From an uncultured Actinomycetota bacterium (GTDB lineage Bacteria; Actinomycetota; Actinomycetes; Propionibacteriales; Nocardioidaceae), in NCBI GenBank assembly GCA_963781445.1, contig CAWAGS010000010.1, forward strand, positions 171,995-235,994: a DNA stretch of 64,000 nucleotides, written 5' to 3'. A program made the position numbers and the translations under genes. Every line of letters begins with the position of its first letter. Within the stretch, counting starts at the first letter, position 1. Positions 26,734 through 38,444 of this stretch are shown piece by piece. The notes below the pieces were generated by a model. The model was not told the origin of the DNA, made no database searches, and saw only the letters and a program-made list of their open reading frames with translations.

Positions 26734-29214
26734 ATGGCCGTTCACCGCAGCGTCTTCCGCACCAGGGCAGCAGCCGCCCTGATCCTCGTCGCTCCCGCAC
26801 TGACGCTCCTGGCCCCCTCCGGCGCCCGTGCGGAGCCCGTCTGCACGACGGGCGGCAGCACGGTCACCTGTACGTTCGACTACACCGGCTCCACGCAGAC
26901 TTGGACGGTCCCGACCGGCGTCACCTCGGCCACCTTCGATCTCTACGGCGCGTCGGGCGGCGACAGCGACACCGTAGCCGTCGGTGGAAACGGCGCGCAC
27001 GTCCAAGCCACGCTCGCGGTGACAGCGGGGACGACGTACAACGTCGAGGTCGGACAGAGGGGCACCCATCGACCCGACAACAGCACCGGCAGGGGCCCGT
27101 CGGCCTACAACGGCGGCGGTCAGGGCTGGGGCCAGTCGTCAAGCGGCGGCGAGCAATCCGAAGGCGGCGGTGGGGCGACCGACCTGCGCACGTCCGCGGG
27201 CGGTACGGCCGATCGTCTGCTGGTCGCCGGCGGTGGTGGGGGTGCCGCGCACCGCGGAACACGGAATGTCCTCGGCATCAACGCGACGGTGAATGGCGGT
27301 GCCGGCGGAGCCAGCGGGAACGCTGGCAAAGATGGCCAGACCGTGGTCGGCACCGGCGCCAATGGCGGCGGTGGGGGCGGAGCTGGCACAGCCAGCGCCG
27401 GCGGTGCAGGCGGCACGAGCTCGGCGTCGGTGGTCACCCCCATCGAGAACCCGGTGACGTTTCCGGCGACTCCCGGCACCGCTGGGTCGTCGGGTCAAGG
27501 GGGTAACGGAGGAAGGGGTTTCGAAGGAACCGCCGGTGGAGGCGGTGGCGGTGGCTACTTCGGCGGAGGGGGTGGGGGTGGCGGCTCCGCCACGGACGCC
27601 TCGCTACTGCTCGTCGCCATGGCCGGTGGCGGTGGTGGTGGTGGTGGTTCGAGCTTCGTGACGCCGTCGGCGACGAGCTCGCAGCCGGTGGAGGAGGGAT
27701 TTCACGACGGACACGGAAAGGCGGTCGTCACCTACACGGTGCCGTCGTCGGACACCACGGTCCCGTCGGTGACGATCGCGAAAGGTTCGAGCCAAGCCGA
27801 CCCAACCGGCAGCAGCCCGATCGTGTTCGACGTGGTCTTCTCCGAATCGGTCACCGGATTCGGCGATGACGACATCGAGCTGACCGGCACCGCCGGCGCC
27901 ACGACCGCCCAGGTCTCCGGAACCGGCACCACCTACTCGGTCTCGGTCTCCGGCATGACGACCAGCGGAACCGTGGTCGCGAAGGTCAAGGCAGGCGCTG
28001 CCTCGGACGGCACCAACACCAGCACCGCCTCCGGCACGGCGTCGGTCACCTACAACGCGCCGGACACGACGGTCCCATCGGTGACGATCGCCAAGGGTTC
28101 GAGCCAAGATGACCCGACCAGCGGCAGCCCGATCGTGTTCGACGTGGTCTTCTCCGAATCGGTCACCGGATTCGGCGATGACGACATCGAGCTGACCGGC
28201 ACCGCCGGCGCCACGACCGCCCAGGTCTCCGGAACCGGCACCACCTACTCGGTCTCGGTCTCCGGCATGACGACCAGCGGAACCGTGGTCGCGAAGGTCA
28301 AGGCAGGCGCTGCCTCGGACGGCACCAACACCAGCACCGCCTCCGGCACGGCGTCGGTCACCTACAACGCGCCGGACACGACGGTCCCGTCGGTGACGAT
28401 CGCCAAGGGTTCGAGCCAAGATGACCCGACCAGCGGCAGCCCGATCGTGTTCGACGTGGTCTTCTCCGAATCGGTCACCGGATTCGGCGATGACGACATC
28501 GAGCTGACCGGCACCGCCGGCGCCACGACCGCCCAGGTCTCCGGAACCGGCACCACCTACTCGGTCTCGGTCTCCGGCATGACGACCAGCGGAACCGTGG
28601 TCGCGAAGGTCAAGGCCGGCGCTGCCTCGGACGGCACCAACACCAGCACCGCCTCCGGCACGGCGTCGGTCAGCTACAGCAAACCGGCGAGCGAGTTCGC
28701 ACCAGGCCCGACCGCCACCATCTCCGGCACACCCCGGGTCGGGCAGATCTTGACCGCCGGCGAGGGAACGCCATCGCCGACACCTGACTCCTTCGCCTAC
28801 CGGTGGTTCGCCGACGGCACCGAGATCAGCAGTGTCTCCAGCTCGGCCCTCGGACAGGAGAAGACCCTCCTCCTGACCGAAGCCGAGCAGGGGAAGGCCA
28901 TCACCGTGCAGGTCACCGCCATCAAGTCCGGATTCACCGACGCCTCCGACACCTCCGATCCCACCAGCCTCGTCGCACCCGCCGGCACCGACGGCGACGG
29001 CGACGGCGACGGTGGCGGCGACGGCGACGGTGGCGGCGACGAGGAGAGCGACGGCGACGACCATGACGGCGGCACACTCCCGGACACCGGAGCACCACTC
29101 GACGAAAGCGCCCTCCTGGCCGGGCTCGCTCTCCTCGTCGGTGGACTGGTCGTGGCGAGCTGGGCCCACCTCAGCGCACGGGCGAGCGTCCTCGCGCGGC
29201 GTCAGGAGTCGTAG
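26734..29214 (+). CDS. LPXTG-anchored surface protein: glycine-rich (ALK-GRD/Gly_rich-like) N-terminal domain, 3 Ig-like repeats, one further Ig-like domain, acidic Gly/Asp spacer
   Basis: ATG at 26734 with GAGGAG 3 nt upstream. Signal peptide AAALILVAPALTLLAPSGARA. GGGGATDLR...RLLVAGGGGG and long Gly runs. Three 104-aa repeats. The C-terminal LPDTG plus a hydrophobic stretch and a basic tail is a sortase signal. Confidence 0.85.
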   Translation: MAVHRSVFRTRAAAALILVAPALTLLAPSGARAEPVCTTGGSTVTCTFDYTGSTQTWTVPTGVTSATFDLYGASGGDSDTVAVGGNGAHVQATLAVTAGTTYNVEVGQRGTHRPDNSTGRGPSAYNGGGQGWGQSSSGGEQSEGGGGATDLRTSAGGTADRLLVAGGGGGAAHRGTRNVLGINATVNGGAGGASGNAGKDGQTVVGTGANGGGGGGAGTASAGGAGGTSSASVVTPIENPVTFPATPGTAGSSGQGGNGGRGFEGTAGGGGGGGYFGGGGGGGGSATDASLLLVAMAGGGGGGGGSSFVTPSATSSQPVEEGFHDGHGKAVVTYTVPSSDTTVPSVTIAKGSSQADPTGSSPIVFDVVFSESVTGFGDDDIELTGTAGATTAQVSGTGTTYSVSVSGMTTSGTVVAKVKAGAASDGTNTSTASGTASVTYNAPDTTVPSVTIAKGSSQDDPTSGSPIVFDVVFSESVTGFGDDDIELTGTAGATTAQVSGTGTTYSVSVSGMTTSGTVVAKVKAGAASDGTNTSTASGTASVTYNAPDTTVPSVTIAKGSSQDDPTSGSPIVFDVVFSESVTGFGDDDIELTGTAGATTAQVSGTGTTYSVSVSGMTTSGTVVAKVKAGAASDGTNTSTASGTASVSYSKPASEFAPGPTATISGTPRVGQILTAGEGTPSPTPDSFAYRWFADGTEISSVSSSALGQEKTLLLTEAEQGKAITVQVTAIKSGFTDASDTSDPTSLVAPAGTDGDGDGDGGGDGDGGGDEESDGDDHDGGTLPDTGAPLDESALLAGLALLVGGLVVASWAHLSARASVLARRQES
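27751..28686. repeat. Three in-frame tandem copies of a 312-bp unit (104-aa Ig-like repeat)
   Basis: The period of 312 bp was read from identical strings. For example, ggtcccRtcggtgacgatcgc occurs at 27759 and 28071, and a third copy follows one further 312-bp period on (about 28383, by extrapolation). Copies 2 and 3 differ at very few positions by eye; copy 1 is slightly diverged. Confidence 0.9.
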
Positions 29215-30163
29215 GCCTCGAGGATCTTGTCGGCGGCCGTGGCTGCCGGCATCTCGCCGGCCAGCACTGCGTCGCGGATCTCGGCCCGGACTGCGGCGAC
29301 GTCCTCGTCGGTGCGCAGGCGATGGTCGAGCTCGTCACGGACCAACGCCCAGGTGAAGTCGAGCTGCTGCTGCGCCCGTTGTTCGTGCAGGCCCTTCTTG
29401 CCCATGAACTCGCGGTGCCGGATGACCCGCTGCCAGACGGTGTCGATGCCGCGGCCCTCGAGGGCGGAACAGGTGAGCACCGGCGGCACCCAGTCGTCCG
29501 TCCCGGCGTACACAAGTCGGAGCGCACCGGCGAGGTCCTTCGCACTGGCCTCGGCCTCCTTCTCGCGGTCGCCGTCTGCCTTGTTGACGGCGATGACGTC
29601 GGCGATCTCGAGGATGCCCTTCTTGATGCCCTGAAGCTGGTCGCCGGTGCGGGACAGCGTGAGGAACAGGAATGTGTCGACCATGCCGGCGACGGTGATC
29701 TCGGACTGACCCACGCCCACCGTCTCGACGAGCACGACGTCGAACCCGCCGGCCTCCAGCACCGTCATGGCCTGCATGGTGGCCCGGGCAACTCCGCCGA
29801 GCGTGCCGGCGGTGGGCGAGGGGCGGATGTACGCGTCCGGGTTGGTGGCCAGCGTGGCCATGCGGGTCTTGTCGCCGAGCACCGAGCCGCCCGTGCGGAT
29901 GCTCGACGGGTCGACCGCCAGCACGCCGACCTTGTGACCTTCGGAGACGAGCCAGTTGCCCAGGGCCTCGATGAACGTGGACTTGCCGACCCCCGGTACC
30001 CCGGAGATGCCCACCCGCACCGCACCGCCCGCCTTCGGCGTCAGCGTCTCGAGCAGCTCCCGGGCGGACGCACGATGGTCGTCGCGGCTCGACTCGACGA
30101 GCGTGATGGCGCGCGAGATCGCGGCCCGGCGCCCCGCGAGGACGTCCTCGGCGAGATCGCTCA

Positions 30164-30164
<1 letters not shown>
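29202..30164 (-). CDS. meaB: Methylmalonyl-CoA mutase-associated GTPase MeaB (ArgK)
   Basis: GISGVPGVGKSTFIEALG is the P-loop, and it sits immediately downstream of mutB. The ATG shares 1 nt (30164) with the mutB stop. Confidence 0.9.
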
Positions 30165-32340
<2,176 letters not shown>

Positions 32341-32344
<4 letters not shown>

Positions 32345-34182
32345 GCGTCCAGCTCCTCGCGGGTACGGCGGAGGAAGGCGACGGCGTCGATTCCCGTGGC
32401 CGCGGAGTCATCGGCACCGACGAGGCCGGCCAGCGGCTCGGGGCCGGCCAGGATGACGCGCCGCGCACCAGCCTCGCGCAGGGCGGTGACCAGGTCGGCA
32501 CCCCAGTCCTCGTATGCGGAGTCGGGACCGGTCAAGCAGACGACGGGCACCTCGCCGGCCTCGTGGAAGGCGGACACGACGTCGGCCGGGTTCTCGCTGG
32601 GGCCGGCCGTGACGGTGTCGATGCCACCGGCCGCAAACAGGTTGGCCGCGAACGAGGCTCGGGCGGTGTGCTGGGCGAGGCTGCCCATGGTGGCCAGGAA
32701 GAGCGGGGTGCTCGCGCGCTCGCTGCGCATCTGCTCGAACGACTCGCCGTATCGACGCACCACCGGGGCCCGGCCATAGGGCCGGCGCTCGGCGACGTCC
32801 TCGTGCAGGTTCGGGAATTCACTGACCCCGGTGATCGGGCGGTTCCGCGTCGAGACCTGGGCTTCGCGCGCCTCGACCGTCTCGGCGATGTGGGCGTGCA
32901 GGCTCCCGTCGGCCAGCGACGCGACGACACCCCCGTTGGCATCGAGCTCACCGAAGAGCGTCCAGGCCGCGCGGGCGAAGTCGTCGGTGAGCTTCTCGAC
33001 CGCATGCGCACCGCCGGCCGGATCAGTGACGACGGCAACGTGCGACTCGCTGATGAGCAGGCTCGAGGTGTTGCGGGCGATGCGGCGGCTGAAGGCCTCC
33101 GGCAGCCCGAGCGGCTCGTCGAACGGCAGCACCGTGACGGCGTCAGCTCCCCCGACCCCGGCCGCGAACGCGGCCACGGTGGTGCGGAGCATGTTCACGT
33201 ACGGATCGAAGGCGGACATCATCGGTCGCGACGTGACCGCGTGCTGACGCTGGCCGCGTGCGTCCGCTGCGGCGCCACTCAGCTCGGCGACGCGGTTCCA
33301 GAGCAGGCGGGCAGCCCGCAGCTTGGCGATGGTGATGAACTGCTCGTCGGTGGCCGCATAGCGGAAGTCGATCTGCCCGGCCGCCTCGTCGACCGAGAGG
33401 CCGGCGTCGACCAACGCGCGCAGGTAGGTCGCTCCGGCCGCCAGCGAGTAGGCCAGTTCCTGGACGTCTGAGGCACCGGCGTCGTGGACGGCGGTGGCGT
33501 CGACGACGACGCCGCGCGCGCCCCGGGCTCGGGCCAGCTCGGCCACCTCGACCGCGACCGCGACGTCCGTGACGCCGCTCCCCCGGACGGACGCGCCCAG
33601 CGGATCGGCGCCGTAGTTCGTGCCGGACGCGGGCTGGACCGCCTTGTCGGCGAGGACGGCGTCCAGCGCTCGGGCTGCTTCGAGCGGAACTTCGGGCGCG
33701 TCGACGACGACGGCAGCGAGATCCATGAACACCGGCTCGAGGACCTGGGCGACGGCCTCGACCGGGATCGCGCCCTCTCCGACGGAGAGCCACACGGAGT
33801 TCACCCCGTTCTCGAGGTCGGTCACGACCTGGGCTGCGGAGAGGTCGACGTCTGGGTCGGTGAACCAAGCGCGGACGTCCCAGCCGTCGAGCTCGCGGGT
33901 CGCGACGCCGCCCCGCGTGTACGGCGCCTGACCGGGGAGGCCCGGGTCGGGCAGGTCGGCGGAGATCGCCGGGCTGCCGAGCGGAGTGACGCTGATCCCG
34001 TCGAGGGTCTCGTGCGCCAGGAGGTCCCAGACGTCGTGGTCAGGCGCGTCGTCGGCGAGCCGCTTGGTCTTGCGCAGGACGGCGGCCGTGGCCTCCTCCC
34101 ACTCGGCGACCGTGGCATCCAGACCGTCGGCGAGCAGCACCTTCGCGGTGCCGGGATCAGGTCGACCGGAAGCAGAGTCCAT
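32341..34182 (-). CDS. mutA: Methylmalonyl-CoA mutase small subunit
   Basis: 613 aa, mutase-like but lacking the DxHxxG B12 motif. It overlaps the mutB start by 4 nt. Confidence 0.9.
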
Positions 34183-34275
34183 GGCCGAAGTCTATGAACG
34201 CCTGATCGTGCGCCGCCACCGGATGTGACTCACCCGACCGGGCCGGCATGCCGCAGGGTGTCGCGGACCCGGACC

Positions 34276-34791
34276 TCAGTCGGGCAGACCCTGTCGATGC
34301 AGGTCGCGGTGCTCCTCGTAGATCCGGGCGTTGTTGCGGATGTTCTCGACCTCGGCGTCGCTGAGCTCGCGACGGATCTTGCCGGGGACGCCGGCGACGA
34401 GCGAGCGCGGCGGCACCTCCATGCCCTCGGTGACCAGCGCACCGGCGGCGATCATCGACTCCTCGCCGATGACCGCGCCGTTCATGACGACGGCGCCCAT
34501 GCCGACGAGCACGTGCGCGCCGATCGTCGCACCGTGCACGACGGCGCCGTGGCCGATGGACACCCCCTCACCGAGCGAGACCGGCATGCCCTTGTCGACG
34601 TGGAACGCGCAGTTGTCCTGCACGTTGGACCGGGCGCCGATGGTGATCGGCTCGTTGTCGGCCCGCAGCACCGCGCCGTACCAGATGCTCGCGCCGTCGG
34701 CGATGGTCACGGCACCGACCAGCGTCGCGTTCGGCGCCACCCAGGCACCCTCGGCGACCTTTGGGACCAGTTCTCCGAGAGAGATCTCCAT
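34276..34791 (-). CDS. Gamma-class carbonic anhydrase-family (hexapeptide repeat, YrdA/PaaY-like) protein
   Basis: VAPNATLVGAVTIADGASIWYGAVLRAD...IGARSNVQDNCAFH...IGHGAVVHG shows left-handed beta-helix repeats. Confidence 0.85.
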   Translation of the reverse strand: MEISLGELVPKVAEGAWVAPNATLVGAVTIADGASIWYGAVLRADNEPITIGARSNVQDNCAFHVDKGMPVSLGEGVSIGHGAVVHGATIGAHVLVGMGAVVMNGAVIGEESMIAAGALVTEGMEVPPRSLVAGVPGKIRRELSDAEVENIRNNARIYEEHRDLHRQGLPD

Positions 34792-34825
34792 CGCGACAAC
34801 GTATCGCGCGGAGTCTCTCCTCAGC

Positions 34826-34867
34826 GGTACGGGAGCCTCTCGTCAGGGTACGGGAGCCTCTCGTCAG
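34826..34867. repeat. Two perfect tandem copies of a 21-bp unit (ggtacgggagcctctcgtcag) in a 79-bp intergenic spacer
   Basis: Read directly from the sequence. It lies between the permease stop (34871) and the gamma-CA start (34791). Confidence 0.9.
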
Positions 34868-34870
34868 CGG

Positions 34871-36322
34871 TCAGGTGATCCAGCGGGTGATCGGGTCGAT
34901 GGCGAAGTAGACGACGAACAGGGTCGCCACCAGCCACAACAGCCAGTGCACCTCGGCGGCCTTCGCGCGCACCGCCTTCAGGACGACGTAGGCGATGAAG
35001 CCGGCGCCGATGCCGGCGGTGATCGAGTACGTGAAGGGCATCAGGACGATCGTGAGGAAGGCCGGGATCGCGATCTCGGCGTCGTCCCAGGAGATGTCCG
35101 TGACCTGGCTCATCATCAGGAAGCCGACGAGCACGAGGGCAGGAACCGCAGCCTCGTTGGGGATGTGCTGCACAAGCGGAGCCAGGAACGTCGAGGCCAG
35201 GAACAGCAGCCCCGTGACGACACTGGCCAGACCTGTGCGCGCCCCGTCGCCGACGCCGGAGGCGGACTCGATGTACGACGTGTTGCTGGAGATGCCGGCT
35301 GCGCCGCCTGCCGCGGCGGCGATGGAGTCGACCACGAGGATCCGCTGCGCGCCCTCGGGCGTGCCCTCCTCGTCGTTGAGGCCGGCCTCCGCGCCGATGG
35401 CCGTCATCGTGCCCATCGTGTCGAAGAAGTCCGCGAGCAGCAGCGTGAAGACCAGGAGGACCGCCGTGACGATGCCGACCCGGTCGATGGAGCCGAACAG
35501 GGAGAAGTCACCGAGCAGGGAGAAGTCCGGCTTCTGCACGAGGTCGTCGGGCCAGGACGGGACGTTGAGGTTCCACCCCTTCGACATCGGGTCGCCGCCA
35601 CTCGCCTTCGTGTCGGTCAGCGCCTGGACGACGCCCGCGAGCACCGTCGTGATGGCGATGCCGATGAGGATCGCGCCAGGGACGCCGCGCGTGTACAGCG
35701 CGATCATCACCAGCAGGCCGATGCAGAACACCAGCACCGGCCACCCGGACAGCTGACCGCCGATGCCGAGCCCGACCGGGGGCGCGGGGATGCCGGAGGT
35801 CCGGACAAAACCGGCGTCGACGAGCCCGATGAAGGTGATGAACAGTCCGATGCCCACGGCGATCGCCGTCTTGAGCTCGCGGGGCACGGCGTCGAAGACG
35901 AGCTTGCGAAACCCGGTGAGCACGAGCACGAGGATGATCAGGCCCTCGAGGACCACCAGGCCCATTGCGTCGGCCCAGGACATCTGGCTCGCCACCGAAA
36001 AGGCCACGAAGGCGTTCAACCCGAGGCCCGTGGCCAGCGCCAACGGGAAGTTGGCCACCACGCCCATCAGGATCGTCAGGACCCCGGCGACCAGGGCGGT
36101 GACGACCGCGATCGTGGCGAAGCCCGAACCGGGCTCCGTTCCCCCGCCGAGATAGCGGCCGTCGGCATCGGCGACGCCGGACAGGATGATCGGGTTGAGG
36201 ACGATGATGTAGGCCATCGTCAAGAACGTGACGACCCCTCCTCGTACCTCCTTGGCGACGGATGTCTCACGGTCGGTGAGCTTGAAGTACGAGTCGAGAG
36301 TGACGGCCATGCGAGGCAGCAT
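34871..36322 (-). CDS. NCS2-family purine (adenine/guanine/hypoxanthine) permease, AzgA/PbuG-like
   Basis: LDSYFKLTDRETSVAKEVRGGVVTFLTMAYIIVLNP and many TM segments. An alternative ATG lies at 36310. Confidence 0.9.
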   Translation of the reverse strand: MLPRMAVTLDSYFKLTDRETSVAKEVRGGVVTFLTMAYIIVLNPIILSGVADADGRYLGGGTEPGSGFATIAVVTALVAGVLTILMGVVANFPLALATGLGLNAFVAFSVASQMSWADAMGLVVLEGLIILVLVLTGFRKLVFDAVPRELKTAIAVGIGLFITFIGLVDAGFVRTSGIPAPPVGLGIGGQLSGWPVLVFCIGLLVMIALYTRGVPGAILIGIAITTVLAGVVQALTDTKASGGDPMSKGWNLNVPSWPDDLVQKPDFSLLGDFSLFGSIDRVGIVTAVLLVFTLLLADFFDTMGTMTAIGAEAGLNDEEGTPEGAQRILVVDSIAAAAGGAAGISSNTSYIESASGVGDGARTGLASVVTGLLFLASTFLAPLVQHIPNEAAVPALVLVGFLMMSQVTDISWDDAEIAIPAFLTIVLMPFTYSITAGIGAGFIAYVVLKAVRAKAAEVHWLLWLVATLFVVYFAIDPITRWIT

Positions 36323-36331
36323 GCCAGAACC

Positions 36332-37327
36332 TCAGCGGCGGCGAGTCACCAACCACGCGATTGCTCCCAGCGCGGCGACCGCGGCCAGACCGCCCCCCAG
36401 CACCAGCCACGCCGGGGCCGGTGCCGACGAGGTCTCCGCCGGCGCGGGCGTCGGCTCGTCGGTACTGGCAGGCGTCGGCGTGGCGTCATCCGAGGTCCCG
36501 GGGTCGTAGGCGACCCGGATGAGCGGCGATCGCTTGCCCTCGCTGCCGATGAGGAACGACGTGCCGCTCGGCTCCATGGAGATCGACTCGCCCTGCTCGA
36601 CCTTCGGCACTTTCAGGACTCGGATCTCCTGCCACGTCTGCGGGTCGAAGACGTGGACGGCGTCGCGCGTCCGGATCAGTGCCTGGGATCCGTCGAGCGT
36701 GTAGGTGGCGTCGGAGACGTCCTCCGGCACGGGCTTGCCCAGGTCGGTGGCGAGGTTCGGCTGAGTCGTCGACAAGGTGTCCGGCAGGGAGAAGAGCGTG
36801 CCGGGCTTCTTCTTGTCCTTGCTGGCCAGGAACTTTGCACCGGTCTTCGGGTGGACGAGCAGGGCCTCGACGTCGACCGGCCCCTCGGCGTACGTGACGG
36901 CGTAGCGCTCCGCTGTCACGGTGTGATCGCCGGGACCGGGCTCCTCGAAGGAGTAGAGCGCGACGTCGTCTCGTTCGGCGTCGTTGTCACCGAGGTCGGC
37001 CAGCCACATGGTGCCCTCGGAGTCGATCGCGATCGACTCGGTGTCGGAGATCGGCCCACCCTCGACCGCGGTCGTCCCCACGACCTTGCCGGTGGAGATG
37101 GTGACGGCGTAGACGATCGGCGCGTTGCCCGCGTCGTTGATCGTGTAGACGAGGTCGTCGGTGGTCGGGCTGACGGCGAGCCCGCTCGACTCCTTGATGC
37201 GCGGGTCGTCGATCCGGCTGACCTCACCGACGTCCGGGTCGGCGGCCAGGGCCGGTGCGACCGCAGCCAGGAGGGGCGTGGCGAGGACGGCCGCTGCCAC
37301 CACGAGCGGCACAGTTCGGGGAGTCAT
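36332..37327 (-). CDS. Secreted, C-terminally membrane-anchored beta-propeller-like protein (SdiA-regulated/phytase-like fold suspected)
   Basis: Signal peptide, then RIDDPRIKESSGLAVSPTTDDLVYTINDAGN and LWLADLGDN-like motifs. A PT-rich linker, a TM segment and RRR lie at the C-terminus. The family call is tentative. Confidence 0.6.
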   Translation of the reverse strand: MTPRTVPLVVAAAVLATPLLAAVAPALAADPDVGEVSRIDDPRIKESSGLAVSPTTDDLVYTINDAGNAPIVYAVTISTGKVVGTTAVEGGPISDTESIAIDSEGTMWLADLGDNDAERDDVALYSFEEPGPGDHTVTAERYAVTYAEGPVDVEALLVHPKTGAKFLASKDKKKPGTLFSLPDTLSTTQPNLATDLGKPVPEDVSDATYTLDGSQALIRTRDAVHVFDPQTWQEIRVLKVPKVEQGESISMEPSGTSFLIGSEGKRSPLIRVAYDPGTSDDATPTPASTDEPTPAPAETSSAPAPAWLVLGGGLAAVAALGAIAWLVTRRR

Positions 37328-37368
37328 GCGGCCATCCTTCCAAACCGAAGCCGAATCCTGCCTGAACG

Positions 37369-38385
37369 TCAGGGGTGGCGTGAGCGGCGGAGCAGGACCA
37401 GCACAGCGACGAAACCGGCCACCAGCGCACCAACCCCGATGACCACGGCGAGCGGCACCTGCGCGCCCTCCGCGGGCTGCTCGGGTGCCGACGGACTCGA
37501 CGACGGCGACGGCGTCGGCGCCACGGTGGCTTCGGGATCGAGGACCACGCGGATCAGAGCCGAGTTCCTGCCCTCGCTGCCGACCAGATAGGAGTGACCC
37601 GAGGGCTCCATCGCGATGGTCTCGCCCTGCGGCTGGTCCGGCAGCGCGTCGGTGCGGAGCAGCTGCCAGGACTCGGCGTCGCGGATCTCCACAACGGCGT
37701 AGTTGCGGACCAGCACGTGGCGTCCGTCGGGGGTCGACGTGGCATCGGTGGTGAACGGGGGCGTTGGTCGGTCGGTCGTGGCGGCCACGTTGGGTGCGCC
37801 CGCACGGAGAGTCTTGGGCAGTCGCAGCACGGCCCCGCCATCGGACTGCTTCGAGAACAACATGATCCGGCCGCTGTCCGGCTGCACCACCAGCGCTTCG
37901 ACGTTCTGGGGCCCCTGCTCGTACGAGACCGGGTAGCGAGTCGGCGTCGCCACGTGGTCTCCCGGTCCCGGCTCAGGCAGTGCGTACAACGCCGTGTCGG
38001 ATCGACCCGCCGCGTTGTCGCCGGTGTCGGCGACCCACAGGGTGTCGCCGTGCAGCGCCATCGCCTCGGTGTCGACCCAGGTGGGGCCCTCGATCCGGGT
38101 CGTGCCGACGACCTGCCCGGTCGAGAGACGCACGGCGTAGACGACGGCCGTGTTGCCGGAGTCGTTGACCGTGTAGACGAGATCGTCGTGGGTCGAGCTC
38201 ACCGCCAACCCACTCGACTCCACGATCCGCGGATCGGCGATGCGAGACACCACCGACGACTCGACCGGCTCGTCGAACGACGCCGCCGAACCGTCGCTGC
38301 GGTCGGTGAGCGCGCCGATGAGGACGACGATCAGCAGGGCCACGAGCAGGCCCGGGATCAGCAGTCGTCGGAAGCGGGGGTTCAT
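37369..38385 (-). CDS. Paralog of 36332..37327 with N-terminal signal-anchor and C-terminal TM
   Basis: RIADPRIVESSGLAVSSTHDDLVYTVNDSGN, LWVADTGDN, EPGPGDH. The architecture is collinear with the downstream paralog. Confidence 0.6.
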   Translation of the reverse strand: MNPRFRRLLIPGLLVALLIVVLIGALTDRSDGSAASFDEPVESSVVSRIADPRIVESSGLAVSSTHDDLVYTVNDSGNTAVVYAVRLSTGQVVGTTRIEGPTWVDTEAMALHGDTLWVADTGDNAAGRSDTALYALPEPGPGDHVATPTRYPVSYEQGPQNVEALVVQPDSGRIMLFSKQSDGGAVLRLPKTLRAGAPNVAATTDRPTPPFTTDATSTPDGRHVLVRNYAVVEIRDAESWQLLRTDALPDQPQGETIAMEPSGHSYLVGSEGRNSALIRVVLDPEATVAPTPSPSSSPSAPEQPAEGAQVPLAVVIGVGALVAGFVAVLVLLRRSRHP

Positions 38386-38444
38386 CGTCGATCAGCATGC
38401 CAGCAGGTCCCGGCAGGACAGTGCCCGACGGGTAGGCTGACGAG

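Noticed and set aside
27751-28686. Regularly spaced repeats, considered as a possible CRISPR-like array.
   Set aside because: The repeats are 312 bp long, contiguous with no spacers, in frame, and encode Ig-like protein modules.
37352-37362. An 11-bp match (cgaatcctgcc) to the 3' end of tRNA-Arg, 26.5 kb downstream, as a possible attR of an integrated element.
   Set aside because: The match is too short. The intervening genes are core housekeeping (ideR, citrate synthase, mutAB, pdxH) and there is no integrase, so it is most likely chance.
34331-37591. 1086-aa plus-strand ORF, the longest in the window.
   Set aside because: It is antisense to the gamma-CA, the NCS2 permease and the first beta-propeller paralog, all of which have convincing motifs. 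Its composition is a high-GC shadow-frame artefact.
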